Below are positions 1-9,278 of a stretch of DNA of 36,009 nucleotides, piece by piece. Origin of the DNA: Armatimonadota bacterium (GTDB lineage Bacteria; Armatimonadota; UBA10988); assembly GCA_016235455.1 (NCBI GenBank), contig JACRKZ010000168.1, forward strand, positions 1 through 36,009. Reading direction: 5' to 3'. The position numbers and the translations under genes are program-made. Below the pieces are notes generated by a model. The model had not been told where the DNA came from, searched no databases, and saw nothing but the letters and a program-made list of their open reading frames with translations. Each line of letters starts with the position of its first letter. The stretch's first letter is position 1.

Positions 1-2
1 CC

Positions 3-1811
3 TACCCCGAGCTCTTCGACGAACGTGCACCCGAGGTGGAAAGGCCCTACCCCAAGCGCCCCTTGCCGCTGGTCCCGCCGACCATACGCCAAGCCGCGCT
101 CGGCTGCCCGGTGACCAGCAGCGCCAAACTCTGGCGTGGGTCTCTGGCGCAGATCACCGACGGCCGCAAGGAGCCCGACGAGGACGGCGTGGTCGAACTG
201 AGCCCCAAGACCCAGTGGGTGCACATTGACCTGCGCCGGTCACTGGAGCTGTGGGACGTCGTCGTCTGGCACTACCACTGGGAGCCGATCGCCGTGCGCG
301 ATGTCGTGGTGCAGGTCAGCGATGACCCACGCTTCGAGACCGGCGTGACCACGCTGTTCAACAACGACCGCGACAACTCGTCCAAGCTCGGCCAGGGCAC
401 GGACCGCGAGTACGTCGAGACCCACCTACCCAAGGTCATCGACGGTCGCCGCACCACCGCCCGCTACGTGCGCCTCTACAGCCGTGGCAGCGATTATTCG
501 GACTCGCTCAACCGCTACACGGAGGTGGAGGTATGGGCCACGGACCGGCCCGCGGGCCCCGACTGGGTGCCGCTGCCCATCGCCTTCCCGCGACCGTCCT
601 ACGGCCTCGACGGTCCAGCCCTCGCCGAGCAGGACCGGGCCATGGCCTCCGACGCCGACCCGTCGCTCGACCCCGTGCCGGCAGCGCCGCCGCCAACGCC
701 CTTGGTGCCGCCCAGAACCACCCAACTGGCCCGCGGCAGGCCGGTGACCAGCGGCGCCAAGGTCTTCGGCGGCAGCCTGGCTCAGATCACCGACGGCCAG
801 AAGGAGGCGCACGAGGGCACCAATGTCGAGCTGAGCCCTCGCGGTGCGTGGGTGCAGATCGACCTGGGCGCCTCGCATGAGCTGTACTACATTGCGCTGT
901 GGCACTACTTCCTGGATCCGGTCATCGTCAGCAGCGTGGTGGTGCAGGTCTGCGACGACCCGAGCTTCATGTTCGGCGTGACCACGCTCTACAACAGCGA
1001 CCGCGAGAACCGGCTCGGCCAAGGTGTCGGCACGGACAAGCGCTACTGGGAGACCAACCGCGGCCGGCTGATCGATGCCCGGCGGACCCAGGCGCGCTAC
1101 GTGCGCTGCTGGTCGCGCGGCAGCACCTACACCGACGCGCTCAACCGCTGGACGGAGGTGGAAGTATGGGGCACGCCCGAGCCGGAGACGCGGCGCCTGT
1201 CGCCGCTGCCCATCGACTACCCCCGCCGTGAGTTCCTGGGCGACGCGGTCTACTACGACGTACCGCGGATCATGGCCGACCCGCGCTATGCCGGCAGGCT
1301 CGAGCTCTACCCGCGCGAGGCGCCGCCAACGCCGCAGGCGCCCCGGGGCGTGAAGCAACTGGCCGGCGGCCGGTCGGTGACGACGAGCAGCACACCCCGC
1401 GTGGGCCATCCGTCGCTGGTCACCGATGGCGACAAGGAAGATCACGGCGACGCCGGGCTGGAGATGCCGCCCGGCAGCCAGTGGGTGCAGATCGACCTGG
1501 GCGAGTCGCGCGAACTGTACTACGTGGCGCTGTGGCACCGCTACCTCGATCTCGCCATCGTCCAGGGCGTGCTGGTGCAACTCAGCGATGACCCGACCTT
1601 TGCCACCGGCGTCGCCACGCTCTACAACAACGACACCGAGAACCGACACGGCCAGGGAACGGGCCTCGACAAGCTCTACTGGGCGACCCACTGCGGCCGG
1701 CTGATCGACGCGCGGCGCACTCGGGCGCGCTACGTGCGCTGCTGGTCGAGCGGCAGCGGATTCACCGACGGGCTCAGCCACTGGCTGGAGGTCGAGGTCT
1801 GGGGGCTGTGA
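3..1811 (+). CDS. Protein with at least three tandem discoidin/F5-8 type C-like (galactose-binding fold) domains; 5' truncated
   Basis: The frame is open from nt 3 (YPELFDERAPEVERPY...), so the true start probably lies upstream of the window. Three ~150-aa repeats follow the pattern PVTS..ITDG.KE..VELSP..QWVQIDLG..WH..VQVSDDP.F..ARYVR..S.GS..EVEVW, typical of FA58C-like domains. Confidence 0.75.
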   Translation, partial: YPELFDERAPEVERPYPKRPLPLVPPTIRQAALGCPVTSSAKLWRGSLAQITDGRKEPDEDGVVELSPKTQWVHIDLRRSLELWDVVVWHYHWEPIAVRDVVVQVSDDPRFETGVTTLFNNDRDNSSKLGQGTDREYVETHLPKVIDGRRTTARYVRLYSRGSDYSDSLNRYTEVEVWATDRPAGPDWVPLPIAFPRPSYGLDGPALAEQDRAMASDADPSLDPVPAAPPPTPLVPPRTTQLARGRPVTSGAKVFGGSLAQITDGQKEAHEGTNVELSPRGAWVQIDLGASHELYYIALWHYFLDPVIVSSVVVQVCDDPSFMFGVTTLYNSDRENRLGQGVGTDKRYWETNRGRLIDARRTQARYVRCWSRGSTYTDALNRWTEVEVWGTPEPETRRLSPLPIDYPRREFLGDAVYYDVPRIMADPRYAGRLELYPREAPPTPQAPRGVKQLAGGRSVTTSSTPRVGHPSLVTDGDKEDHGDAGLEMPPGSQWVQIDLGESRELYYVALWHRYLDLAIVQGVLVQLSDDPTFATGVATLYNNDTENRHGQGTGLDKLYWATHCGRLIDARRTRARYVRCWSSGSGFTDGLSHWLEVEVWGL

Positions 1812-1950
1812 CGGAATCGTAACACCGAGCCCGGCGGCGGGTTGCGCCTGGGGGAACGATGCGCGTCCCTAGTCGTCGTAGAGAGCAGGCAGGTGGTCGG
1901 CGGGTGTCCGCAAATGACCACCTTGTGGTACCCTATTCGTGGAGTTTGTG

Positions 1951-2655
1951 ATGCGTATGGCTACACCTCGGATGGCTCGCCTCGGCGCTTTGGCCGGGAC
2001 AGTCTCGCTGGCGGCACTGGTGGCGGCGTTCTTGTCGCCGGCCGGCGCCGAAGATACGATCAAGCTGCCGCTGAAGCTGCCGCGCGCGGCCTTCGCCGGC
2101 ACGCCCAAGGAGCTTCCTGAAGGCGTCGAGAACGTCGAGCCCGTGCCGACCGAGGCGCAGTTCAAGGCCGCTCTGCCGCAGGTTCCCGCCAGCATCGCCC
2201 AGGTGGCGATCAAGAAGGGCGTGACCTCCAGCGCCAAGGCCTACTCGGGTTCGCTCGAGCTGATCACCGATGGTCAGAAGGAAGCCTACGAGGACACCGC
2301 GGTTGAGCTCAAGCCCAAGACCCAGTGGGTGCAGATCGATCTGGGCGCGGCCAAGACGATCTACGCCATCGAGCTGTGGCACTTCCACCTCGAGCCCGTG
2401 ATCTTCCACGACATCGTGGTGCAGATCAGCAACGACCCGACCTTCCAGTCGGGCGTGACCACCGTCTTCAACAACGACAAGGACAACAGCTCGGGTCTCG
2501 GCGCCGGCTCCAACCGGGAGTACTGGGAGACCAACCTGGGCAAGGTCATCGGTGGCCGCCAGACGTCGGGCCGGTATGTCCGCTGCTACAGCCGCGGCAG
2601 CACCTACACCGACTCGCTGAACCGCTACACCGAGATCGAAGTCTGGGCGCTGTAA
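1951..2655 (+). CDS. Secreted single discoidin/F5-8 type C-like domain protein, paralog of the upstream repeats
   Basis: GGAG at 1941-1944 precedes ATG 1951. Signal peptide ends ...SPAGA|ED. Domain motifs QWVQIDLG and RYVRCYSRGSTYTDSLNRYTEIEVW closely match the upstream repeats. Confidence 0.8.
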   Translation: MRMATPRMARLGALAGTVSLAALVAAFLSPAGAEDTIKLPLKLPRAAFAGTPKELPEGVENVEPVPTEAQFKAALPQVPASIAQVAIKKGVTSSAKAYSGSLELITDGQKEAYEDTAVELKPKTQWVQIDLGAAKTIYAIELWHFHLEPVIFHDIVVQISNDPTFQSGVTTVFNNDKDNSSGLGAGSNREYWETNLGKVIGGRQTSGRYVRCYSRGSTYTDSLNRYTEIEVWAL

Positions 2656-2737
2656 GTCAGCCCTGATCGCCGAGGCCCGGTCTGCCCCTCACCTCGAGGC
2701 TGCGCAGGCCGGGCCTCTTGCTTGAAGGTGGTCGCTC

Positions 2738-4285
2738 GTGGAATCCGTTGAACCTCGTGCCGCCCAACGTGCCTGGCTGTGGTCTGTCGGGCTGATCATC
2801 GCCACGGTCCTGGCCCTGCTGCTGCGCCTGCCCGAGCTCGATACCCGGCTCATCCACGCCGACGAGTCGGTCCACGCCATGCGCTACCAAGAGGTGCTCC
2901 ACGGCACCTACCGCTACGACCCCAACGAGTACCACGGGCCCACCCTCTACTACGCCACGCTGCCGCTCAACCTGTTGCGCGGCCGCACCGATTTCGGCAC
3001 GATCGGCATTGCGGACTACCGCCTGGTGACCATCGTTTTCGGCCTGCTGCTCATCTGGGCCATGCCGTTCGCCATGCCCGGCGTACCCCGCTCAGGCGCC
3101 GTCGTCGCCGGCCTGCTGGTCGCCTTGTCGCCGGTCCTGGCCTACTACAGTCGCTACTACATCCAGGAGATGCTGCTGGCGGTGTTCACCGTGGCCTTCC
3201 TGGGCGCGCTCTACCGCGCCGCCGAACGCCGCGACGGCCGCTGGCTGGTGGCCAGCGGCTTGCTGGCCGGGCTGATGGTCGCCACCAAGGAGACGGCCAC
3301 GCTCAGCTTCGCCGCCGCCCTGGTGGCGCTGCTCGCCGCACGGGCGCCCAAGGCCGACGGCGCTGGCATCGCGCGCCGCCACTGGCTGTGGGCCATCGGG
3401 CTGTTCGCGCTCACCGCCTTCGCGCTGCTGTCGGGCCTCGGCCATGCGCCGGGCGCGCCGTTCGCCTTCCTGCGCAGCGTGGCCACCTGGGGCCAACGCG
3501 CTACCGGCGGCGAGATGCACCAACAGCCGGCCATCTATTACCTGCGTCTGCTGGCTTGGGCCAAGCTGCGCGGTGGGTTCTACTCCGAGGGCTTCATCCT
3601 TGCTCTGGCCGTGCTCGGCGCGCTGCTCACCTGGCGCCGTTCGCGCTGGACACGGTTCGTCACGGTCTACTCGATGCTCATCACCGCCGCCTACTCGGCC
3701 ATCCCCTACAAGACGCCGTGGTGCGTGGTGCAGTTGGTGACGCCGTATATCATGCTGGCCGGCGCGGGCGCCGCGGCGCTGCTAGGCTCGCGGCGCTGGT
3801 GGGTCAAGCTGCCCGTGGCGCTGCTGCTGCTCGCCGGCCTGGTTCATCTGGGCTTCGAGAGCCAGCGCATCAACCACCGGATGCTCATGGACCGACGCAA
3901 CCCCTATTCGCACACGCTCACCGCGCCGGACGTCGAAGACCTGGCCGACCAGATTGAGAAGGTGGCGCGCAGTCTGCCCACAGGCACGAACACCATGGTC
4001 GTGGTGATGGGCATGGACAACTACTACTGGCCGCTGCCCTGGTACCTGCGCCGCCTGCCCAACATCGGCTGGTTCAACCACCTGCCCTCGCGGGCCGAAC
4101 TCAAGGGCGACCTGACCCTGGCGCCGATCATCGTGGCCGCCCCGCAGTATCAGAACGACCTGACCCCGCGTATCGGCTTCACGCACGAGTCCATCGGCAC
4201 CTACGGCCTGCGCAGCCGCGTGTTCTTTGAGCTGTGGGTCAACAAGCGCGCCTGGACCAAGTTGTCCGGGCCGGCGTCGCCGTAG
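2738..4285 (+). CDS. Polytopic membrane GT-C/PMT-like glycosyltransferase (TIGR03663/Agl23-like)
   Basis: Motifs LRLPELDTRLIHADESVH, YRYDPNEYHGPTLYY, YYSRYYIQE, ATKET, YKTPW and WPLPWYLR, plus many hydrophobic TM segments. The DE motif follows the first TM helix, as in GT-C enzymes. Confidence 0.8.
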   Translation: MESVEPRAAQRAWLWSVGLIIATVLALLLRLPELDTRLIHADESVHAMRYQEVLHGTYRYDPNEYHGPTLYYATLPLNLLRGRTDFGTIGIADYRLVTIVFGLLLIWAMPFAMPGVPRSGAVVAGLLVALSPVLAYYSRYYIQEMLLAVFTVAFLGALYRAAERRDGRWLVASGLLAGLMVATKETATLSFAAALVALLAARAPKADGAGIARRHWLWAIGLFALTAFALLSGLGHAPGAPFAFLRSVATWGQRATGGEMHQQPAIYYLRLLAWAKLRGGFYSEGFILALAVLGALLTWRRSRWTRFVTVYSMLITAAYSAIPYKTPWCVVQLVTPYIMLAGAGAAALLGSRRWWVKLPVALLLLAGLVHLGFESQRINHRMLMDRRNPYSHTLTAPDVEDLADQIEKVARSLPTGTNTMVVVMGMDNYYWPLPWYLRRLPNIGWFNHLPSRAELKGDLTLAPIIVAAPQYQNDLTPRIGFTHESIGTYGLRSRVFFELWVNKRAWTKLSGPASP

Positions 4286-4295
4286 GCACAGGTTG

Positions 4296-4318
4296 GTTGT
4301 ACCGGCTTCAGCCGGCAC
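4296..4318. repeat. Solo REP-like hairpin between convergent genes
   Basis: gttGTACCGGC-TTCA-GCCGGCAC forms an 8-bp stem with one mismatch. It resembles REP-type palindromes and may also act as a terminator. Confidence 0.45.
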
Positions 4319-4337
4319 GACGAACAGTGCACCTGAC

Positions 4338-7300
4338 TCACCACACCAGCGCCCGCGTCGCCGCCGCCAGCCGGCCGTCGGGCAGCACCAGGCGCCAGCG
4401 CACCTCGTTGAGCCGGCCGGGCGCCGGCGTCAGGGCCACCGACGTGCCGCGCGGCGAGGCGTCGGTCGGGTTGGTGCCGTCGGTGGTGTAGGCGATCTGC
4501 CAGCCGGCCGGCGCCGTCAGCGTGGGCCGGGCCACGGCGCGGTCGACCTTCACCTCGGCCGACGGGGTGGCCTCGGAGACGATGGACAGGTCGTCGAGCA
4601 GCACGCCGAACGCGCCGCCGCCGCTGCGGCTGTCATACGCCAGCATTACCTGGTCGATGACCTTGCCCGCGTGCTCACTGCCCAACGGCACCTCGATGTG
4701 CACCCACTCGCCCTCCTTGGCCAGCCCGCCGGCCGCGCGCGCCGGCGTGCCGGAGGCCGTATGGCTCGAGGAGTCGCGCAGCGTGCTGCCGTCGCTGAAG
4801 ACCAGGTCGACGCAGGTGTACCCACCGAGCTTGTTCTCCGGCCGCAGCCAGTAGCTCAGCACCGTGTCACCGCGCACGCCGATCGGGCCGGTGAGGATGC
4901 GGGCGTAGACGAACGAGTACGCCGGGTCGTCGGCCTTGCCCGCCAGGCGCAGCGCCGTGCCGCCGTCGCGGCCGACGCCGGCCACGGGTCCGCAGGTCAT
5001 GCCGCTGACCGACTTGAGCCCACCGCCCGGCGTGGCCACCGTGTCCTTCGGACCCACCGGTTGGCCGGCCTCCCAGCCGGTGCTCGCGCGGAACTTGTCC
5101 TCGGCCAAGGCGGTGGCGGGACCAGACGCGGCGCGCTGACCGGCCGCCGCGTTGGCGCGGATGTAGGCCTTGTCGCCGATGCCGTTGGCCACGGTCAGCG
5201 GCGCGCCGGACAGGCACGAGACCACCTCGGCCGACTGGCAGCTCGGCTCGATGCGCACCGCGGGCGACCAGGTGCCCGAGAACCAGGCGCCGATCACCCG
5301 CGCCTTGCCGCCGGCCAGGCGCAGCGGGCCGGTCAAGGTGTTCATCTGGGAGAGCAGCACATCGCCTGTGCCTTCCACCACCGCCGTGGTGTTGCCGGCC
5401 CAGATCTGCGAGTTGTCGAACCGCGCCTTGCCCGTGAACTTGGGCGACACGGCCCAGGCGGCCACGGCCTGCGCGCTGAGCGGCACCAACTGGAACAAGT
5501 GGCCCTCGATGTTGCCCGCCTCCACGTAGCAGCTGCGGCTGACCGTATCGCTGCCGTGCATGATGACGCGCGCGTTGGCGCCGCCCTGGTCATCGAGGAA
5601 GGCGATGCCGTCGTAGGCCGCATAGAGGAACGTGCCACGCACATGCTCCTCGGCGCACCGCCCCAGTGCCAGCCCTTGCAGGTTGGCGCGCAGCCAGTCG
5701 ATGAGCTTGGCGCCCATGTCGCCCGCGTACGGCGGATGCGGCATGTTCGGCGGCAGGCGCAGCGCATAGTGCGGGTTGAACATGAAGTCCTCAACCCAGC
5801 CCGCTGTGGCCGACCGGCTGACCCACAGCCCGCGCTTGAGGCAGCAGCCCGACAGGTACCGCACGACGTGGCCGTCACTGGGATGAGTGCCGAAGTCGAC
5901 CCCCTGCCAGGCGTCGCCCAGGTTCAGGTCGACCGCCCAGCAGCCGACACCGAGGCTGCGCACCACCCAGGGGTAAGGCACCGGCGCGGCCACGTCCTGC
6001 TCGGGATGCCAGACGTTGAGCCCGCGCACCCCGGCGTTGGGCTGCAGGGAGATGAACGGCGTACCGTCCTCCTGGCCCCGACCCTCGGTCACCATCAGCG
6101 TGCTGCCGTCGGACACGGTGTGGTGCGGCACATCCCAGATGCCGCGTAGTTCGACGCCGCTGGGCACGGTGAGATGGCCCCGGAAGCGGTAACGCCCGGC
6201 GGGCACATAGACCGTGCCCCCGCCCGCGGCACCAGCCGCGTCGAGCGCCTTCTGGAAGGCGGCGGTGTTGTCCTCGGCCGTGGCGGCGGCACCGCTGTCG
6301 GTGACGTCGAAGAGCTGGTCGTTAGCCGGCCGCGGCGTCGGCGATGGCACGTGCATGGCCACATTGGGGCGGCTCAGGCCGAGGTCGCGATGGACGATGG
6401 CCACGTCGCCCTGGCTCTTGTTGTCGATCTCGGGCTGGCCCTGCCAGCGGCAGCCCAGCAGTCGAGCCCGCGGCACCGCCGCGCCAATCGTCACCTGACC
6501 CAGGTCGCAATCGAGCGCCGAGAAAGTGCCCTGGTTGGCCACCGTCGGCCCGGAGACATCGCAGTGCTGCAGCGTCAACACGCCGCGACCCGTGTGCTCG
6601 ATGCCTTCGATCCGGCAGCTGTTGAACTGCGCCACAGTGGTGAAGCGGTCGGTCGTCACAAGACCACGGCGCCCGGCCAGACGGCTGGCGGTGACCGACA
6701 GGCCGACGCCGTTGAGCCCTTCGAGCCGCAACGCGGTGTCGCAGTCGGTCAGCTCCGCGCCATACATGACGGCGTTGGCGGTGCCCTGCGCGCCGGCGCG
6801 CACCACCACGCCGGTACCGTAGCCGGTCACGCGCAGGCGGTACATGTACTCCCAGTCGCTGCGGCCCATGTCCAGGCCGGTGGCCTTGGCCAGCGTCGCC
6901 GCCAACGCGCCCGCCTGCGGCGCGCCGGGCAGACCGCTCTCGGTCCACCAGCGCGGCGACAGATCGACCTCGTCGAGCCGGCCGATGTCGGTCACGGTGT
7001 CGATGAAGATGCCCAGCGAGAGCGGCGTGGCATAGATGCGCCGCAGCGTGTGCAACTCGTTCCAGTCAGGGCCGATGCTGATGCCACGCCACGGGTTGAC
7101 CAGCGTGACATTGGCCACGGTCGAGTTGTCGCCGGTCGCCGTCTTGGCCAGCGCCACGGCCCAGGGGTACGGAACGGGGTTGGCCGCGTCCTGCTCGGGG
7201 TGCCACAGCGTCAGCTCGCGCAGGCCGGTACCGCGCTCGATGGCGATGGCCGGCGGCGCGTCGGCGTTGCCGCGGCCGGAGGTGAGCATCAGCAGCGTGG

Positions 7301-7628
7301 TCTGATCGGCGCGCGCCTTGCCCGGCGGCGCCCAGTCGCCGCGCAGGATGACTCCCTCGCGCACGGTGATCGGCGTGGCCAGCCGGTAGCGCCCGGCGGA
7401 CAAGAAGACCACGCCGCCGCCGGCGGCCTTGGCCTGGTCGATGGCCGCCTGGATGGCCGGCGCGGCATCGGTCGTGGCATCAGCCGGCGGATTGACCACC
7501 TGCGAGGCGATGACCACATCACCCGTGGCCCAGCGGGTCTTGATGACTTGCGGCTTGAGCGCCGCGCAGCTCTGTGAGGCGGCCATGACCATCGCTCCCA
7601 GCGTCCACCAGGTCCATCTTCGCAGCAT
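4338..7628 (-). CDS. Secreted glycanase with two pectate-lyase-3-like (GH55/GH28-related) beta-helix domains, a C-terminal beta-sandwich and a CHB_HEX_C-like tail
   Basis: ATG 7628 has a GGAG RBS and a signal peptide (MLRRWTWWTLGAMVMAASQSCA). Two copies of D.(A/T).A(I/F)Q.A.D.A.AAGGG.V..(S/P)AGRYR occur, each followed later by WHPEQD...PVPYPW. The tail contains IAYTTDGTNPT. Confidence 0.75.
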   Translation of the reverse strand: MLRRWTWWTLGAMVMAASQSCAALKPQVIKTRWATGDVVIASQVVNPPADATTDAAPAIQAAIDQAKAAGGGVVFLSAGRYRLATPITVREGVILRGDWAPPGKARADQTTLLMLTSGRGNADAPPAIAIERGTGLRELTLWHPEQDAANPVPYPWAVALAKTATGDNSTVANVTLVNPWRGISIGPDWNELHTLRRIYATPLSLGIFIDTVTDIGRLDEVDLSPRWWTESGLPGAPQAGALAATLAKATGLDMGRSDWEYMYRLRVTGYGTGVVVRAGAQGTANAVMYGAELTDCDTALRLEGLNGVGLSVTASRLAGRRGLVTTDRFTTVAQFNSCRIEGIEHTGRGVLTLQHCDVSGPTVANQGTFSALDCDLGQVTIGAAVPRARLLGCRWQGQPEIDNKSQGDVAIVHRDLGLSRPNVAMHVPSPTPRPANDQLFDVTDSGAAATAEDNTAAFQKALDAAGAAGGGTVYVPAGRYRFRGHLTVPSGVELRGIWDVPHHTVSDGSTLMVTEGRGQEDGTPFISLQPNAGVRGLNVWHPEQDVAAPVPYPWVVRSLGVGCWAVDLNLGDAWQGVDFGTHPSDGHVVRYLSGCCLKRGLWVSRSATAGWVEDFMFNPHYALRLPPNMPHPPYAGDMGAKLIDWLRANLQGLALGRCAEEHVRGTFLYAAYDGIAFLDDQGGANARVIMHGSDTVSRSCYVEAGNIEGHLFQLVPLSAQAVAAWAVSPKFTGKARFDNSQIWAGNTTAVVEGTGDVLLSQMNTLTGPLRLAGGKARVIGAWFSGTWSPAVRIEPSCQSAEVVSCLSGAPLTVANGIGDKAYIRANAAAGQRAASGPATALAEDKFRASTGWEAGQPVGPKDTVATPGGGLKSVSGMTCGPVAGVGRDGGTALRLAGKADDPAYSFVYARILTGPIGVRGDTVLSYWLRPENKLGGYTCVDLVFSDGSTLRDSSSHTASGTPARAAGGLAKEGEWVHIEVPLGSEHAGKVIDQVMLAYDSRSGGGAFGVLLDDLSIVSEATPSAEVKVDRAVARPTLTAPAGWQIAYTTDGTNPTDASPRGTSVALTPAPGRLNEVRWRLVLPDGRLAAATRALVW

Positions 7629-7724
7629 CCGTGTCTCCGACGGTGGCGGTGTTCGGCGTGTGGGGCATTGATCCTTGTGCAGGGATGGCACACAGCACCG
7701 GGAATAGCAGCAGCGAGGCTAGAC

Positions 7725-8330
7725 ATGGCGAGCGATCACGCGCAACCAACCGGAACGCGGCGGCGTGTTGTCCGCGTTCTGCAGGCAGGATGCCGTAGCT
7801 TAGCGCTCATCATCGTCGTTGCTGGCTGCCTGGTAGCCTACACTGGCCTGCGTGAGATCAGCCACAAGATCGCTAGGGTGCAATGCCTGAAGACAATGAA
7901 CAGCCTGACCAATGCGATGCGGATGTACGTGCAGGACTACGATGGGGTCCTTCCTCCCCATCACACGGCCCAGACCCGCTGGTCTGAACTACTGTCGCCG
8001 TACTGCTCGCCGCTCTGCCTCTACTGCCCGGCAGAGCGACGCTACGAGGCACCGCACTACCTGTACCGCGCCATTCCACGCACGGGCCTGGCCATCAGCA
8101 CGCTGGCCGAACCCAAGCGCCAGGTGCTGCTCATCGACGGCTGCCCGGATGGCATCGCCTGGCGGCACGACGGCGGCGCCTGGGCTGCGACCGTCGACGG
8201 CCCTACCCAGTGGCTCCCGGGTCCGGCTGCGGCGACCGGCTACCTTGGCCTGGACGACCTCGGCCCCGCCGTCGGCGGCTACCCGCGCCGGCCGCCGCGG
8301 GGACCGGCGCATGCGGTCAAGAGCCGCTGA
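7725..8330 (+). CDS. Membrane-anchored DUF1559/H-X9-DG prepilin-like protein
   Basis: TM segment LALIIVVAGCLVAY is followed by ARVQCLKTMNSLTNAMRMYVQDYDGVLP, YCP and HDGGAWAATVDG (H-X9-DG). The start at ATG 7725 is inferred. Confidence 0.65.
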   Translation: MASDHAQPTGTRRRVVRVLQAGCRSLALIIVVAGCLVAYTGLREISHKIARVQCLKTMNSLTNAMRMYVQDYDGVLPPHHTAQTRWSELLSPYCSPLCLYCPAERRYEAPHYLYRAIPRTGLAISTLAEPKRQVLLIDGCPDGIAWRHDGGAWAATVDGPTQWLPGPAAATGYLGLDDLGPAVGGYPRRPPRGPAHAVKSR

Positions 8331-8440
8331 GGGGTCGGCCTGACGGCCGATTGCCAAGCTGGACCTTGGCGCTCCCAGATCCGGTCGTACGCTTGCGCTG
8401 GGCCCTCGGATCGCGCAGAATGAGCACAAGGACAACGACC

Positions 8441-9277
8441 ATGAGTGACGGGGGACAACGTGGCAGCGACGTGCAGTGGCATCTGACACTGACCGGCGAT
8501 GAGGCGCAACAGGGCTGTGTCCGCTTGGTGGCCGGTGAGAGCATCCAAGTGCCGCCCGGCACCCAGCATGGCTCGCTACTGCGCTTCGCCGGCAAGGGCG
8601 AGCCCGGCTTTGGCGATGGGCCGCGCGGCGACCTCGTGGTCGAGGTGCGGCTCGATGGGTTCGGCCCGGCGGCGGCGCACACCGCGCCCATGGTGTCCTC
8701 GGGGTCGCGCGGCACCAACGGCTGCCTGCTGGTCACGCTGATCGGCTGCGCCTGCCTGATCTTCATGGTGCCCATCGTCGCGGCGGTGACCTTGCCCATC
8801 TTCGCCAAGGCGCGCGAGAAGGCACGCAACGCCGCTTGCCAAAGCAACGAGCGCATGGTCTCGCTGGCCATGCTGCAATACAGCCAGGACTGGGACGACT
8901 GCCTGGTCCCCAACCAGATCGAGAGCGGCTCCTGGGGCGACCTGATCAGCCCCTACGTCAAGTACGCCAATGCCTTCCGCTGCCCACTGGCGCCGTATGA
9001 CCAGCTGCCGACCTATGTCTACCGCGCCGTGCCGCCGCGCGCGGTCAAGCTCTCCGCGCTCAAGGAGCCGCAGAGCCAGGTCATGGGCCTCGACGGCGAC
9101 GCGAAGGGCATCGCCTGGCGCCATCTGGAGGGTGCCAATGCGTGGTTCCTCGACGGGCATGTCAAGTGGGTTGGCAAGGACACCGCCGGCTCGCAGTATG
9201 CCGGGCTGGACCGCATGGGCAAGCATGTCGGCGGCGGCGTCGGGCTGAAGGCCGATGGCGGCGCGCCCAAGCGGTAA
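8441..9277 (+). CDS. DnaJ C-terminal-like domain fused to a TM helix and a DUF1559/H-X9-DG domain
   Basis: AAGGA precedes ATG 8441. The N-terminus reads GSDVQWHLTLTGDEAQQG...VPPGTQHGSLLRFAGKGEPG..GPRGDLVVEV (DnaJ_C-like). It continues with PIFAKAREKARNAACQSN...QYSQDWDD, FRCP and HLEGANAWFLDGHVKW. Confidence 0.75.
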   Translation: MSDGGQRGSDVQWHLTLTGDEAQQGCVRLVAGESIQVPPGTQHGSLLRFAGKGEPGFGDGPRGDLVVEVRLDGFGPAAAHTAPMVSSGSRGTNGCLLVTLIGCACLIFMVPIVAAVTLPIFAKAREKARNAACQSNERMVSLAMLQYSQDWDDCLVPNQIESGSWGDLISPYVKYANAFRCPLAPYDQLPTYVYRAVPPRAVKLSALKEPQSQVMGLDGDAKGIAWRHLEGANAWFLDGHVKWVGKDTAGSQYAGLDRMGKHVGGGVGLKADGGAPKR

Positions 9278-9278
9278 G

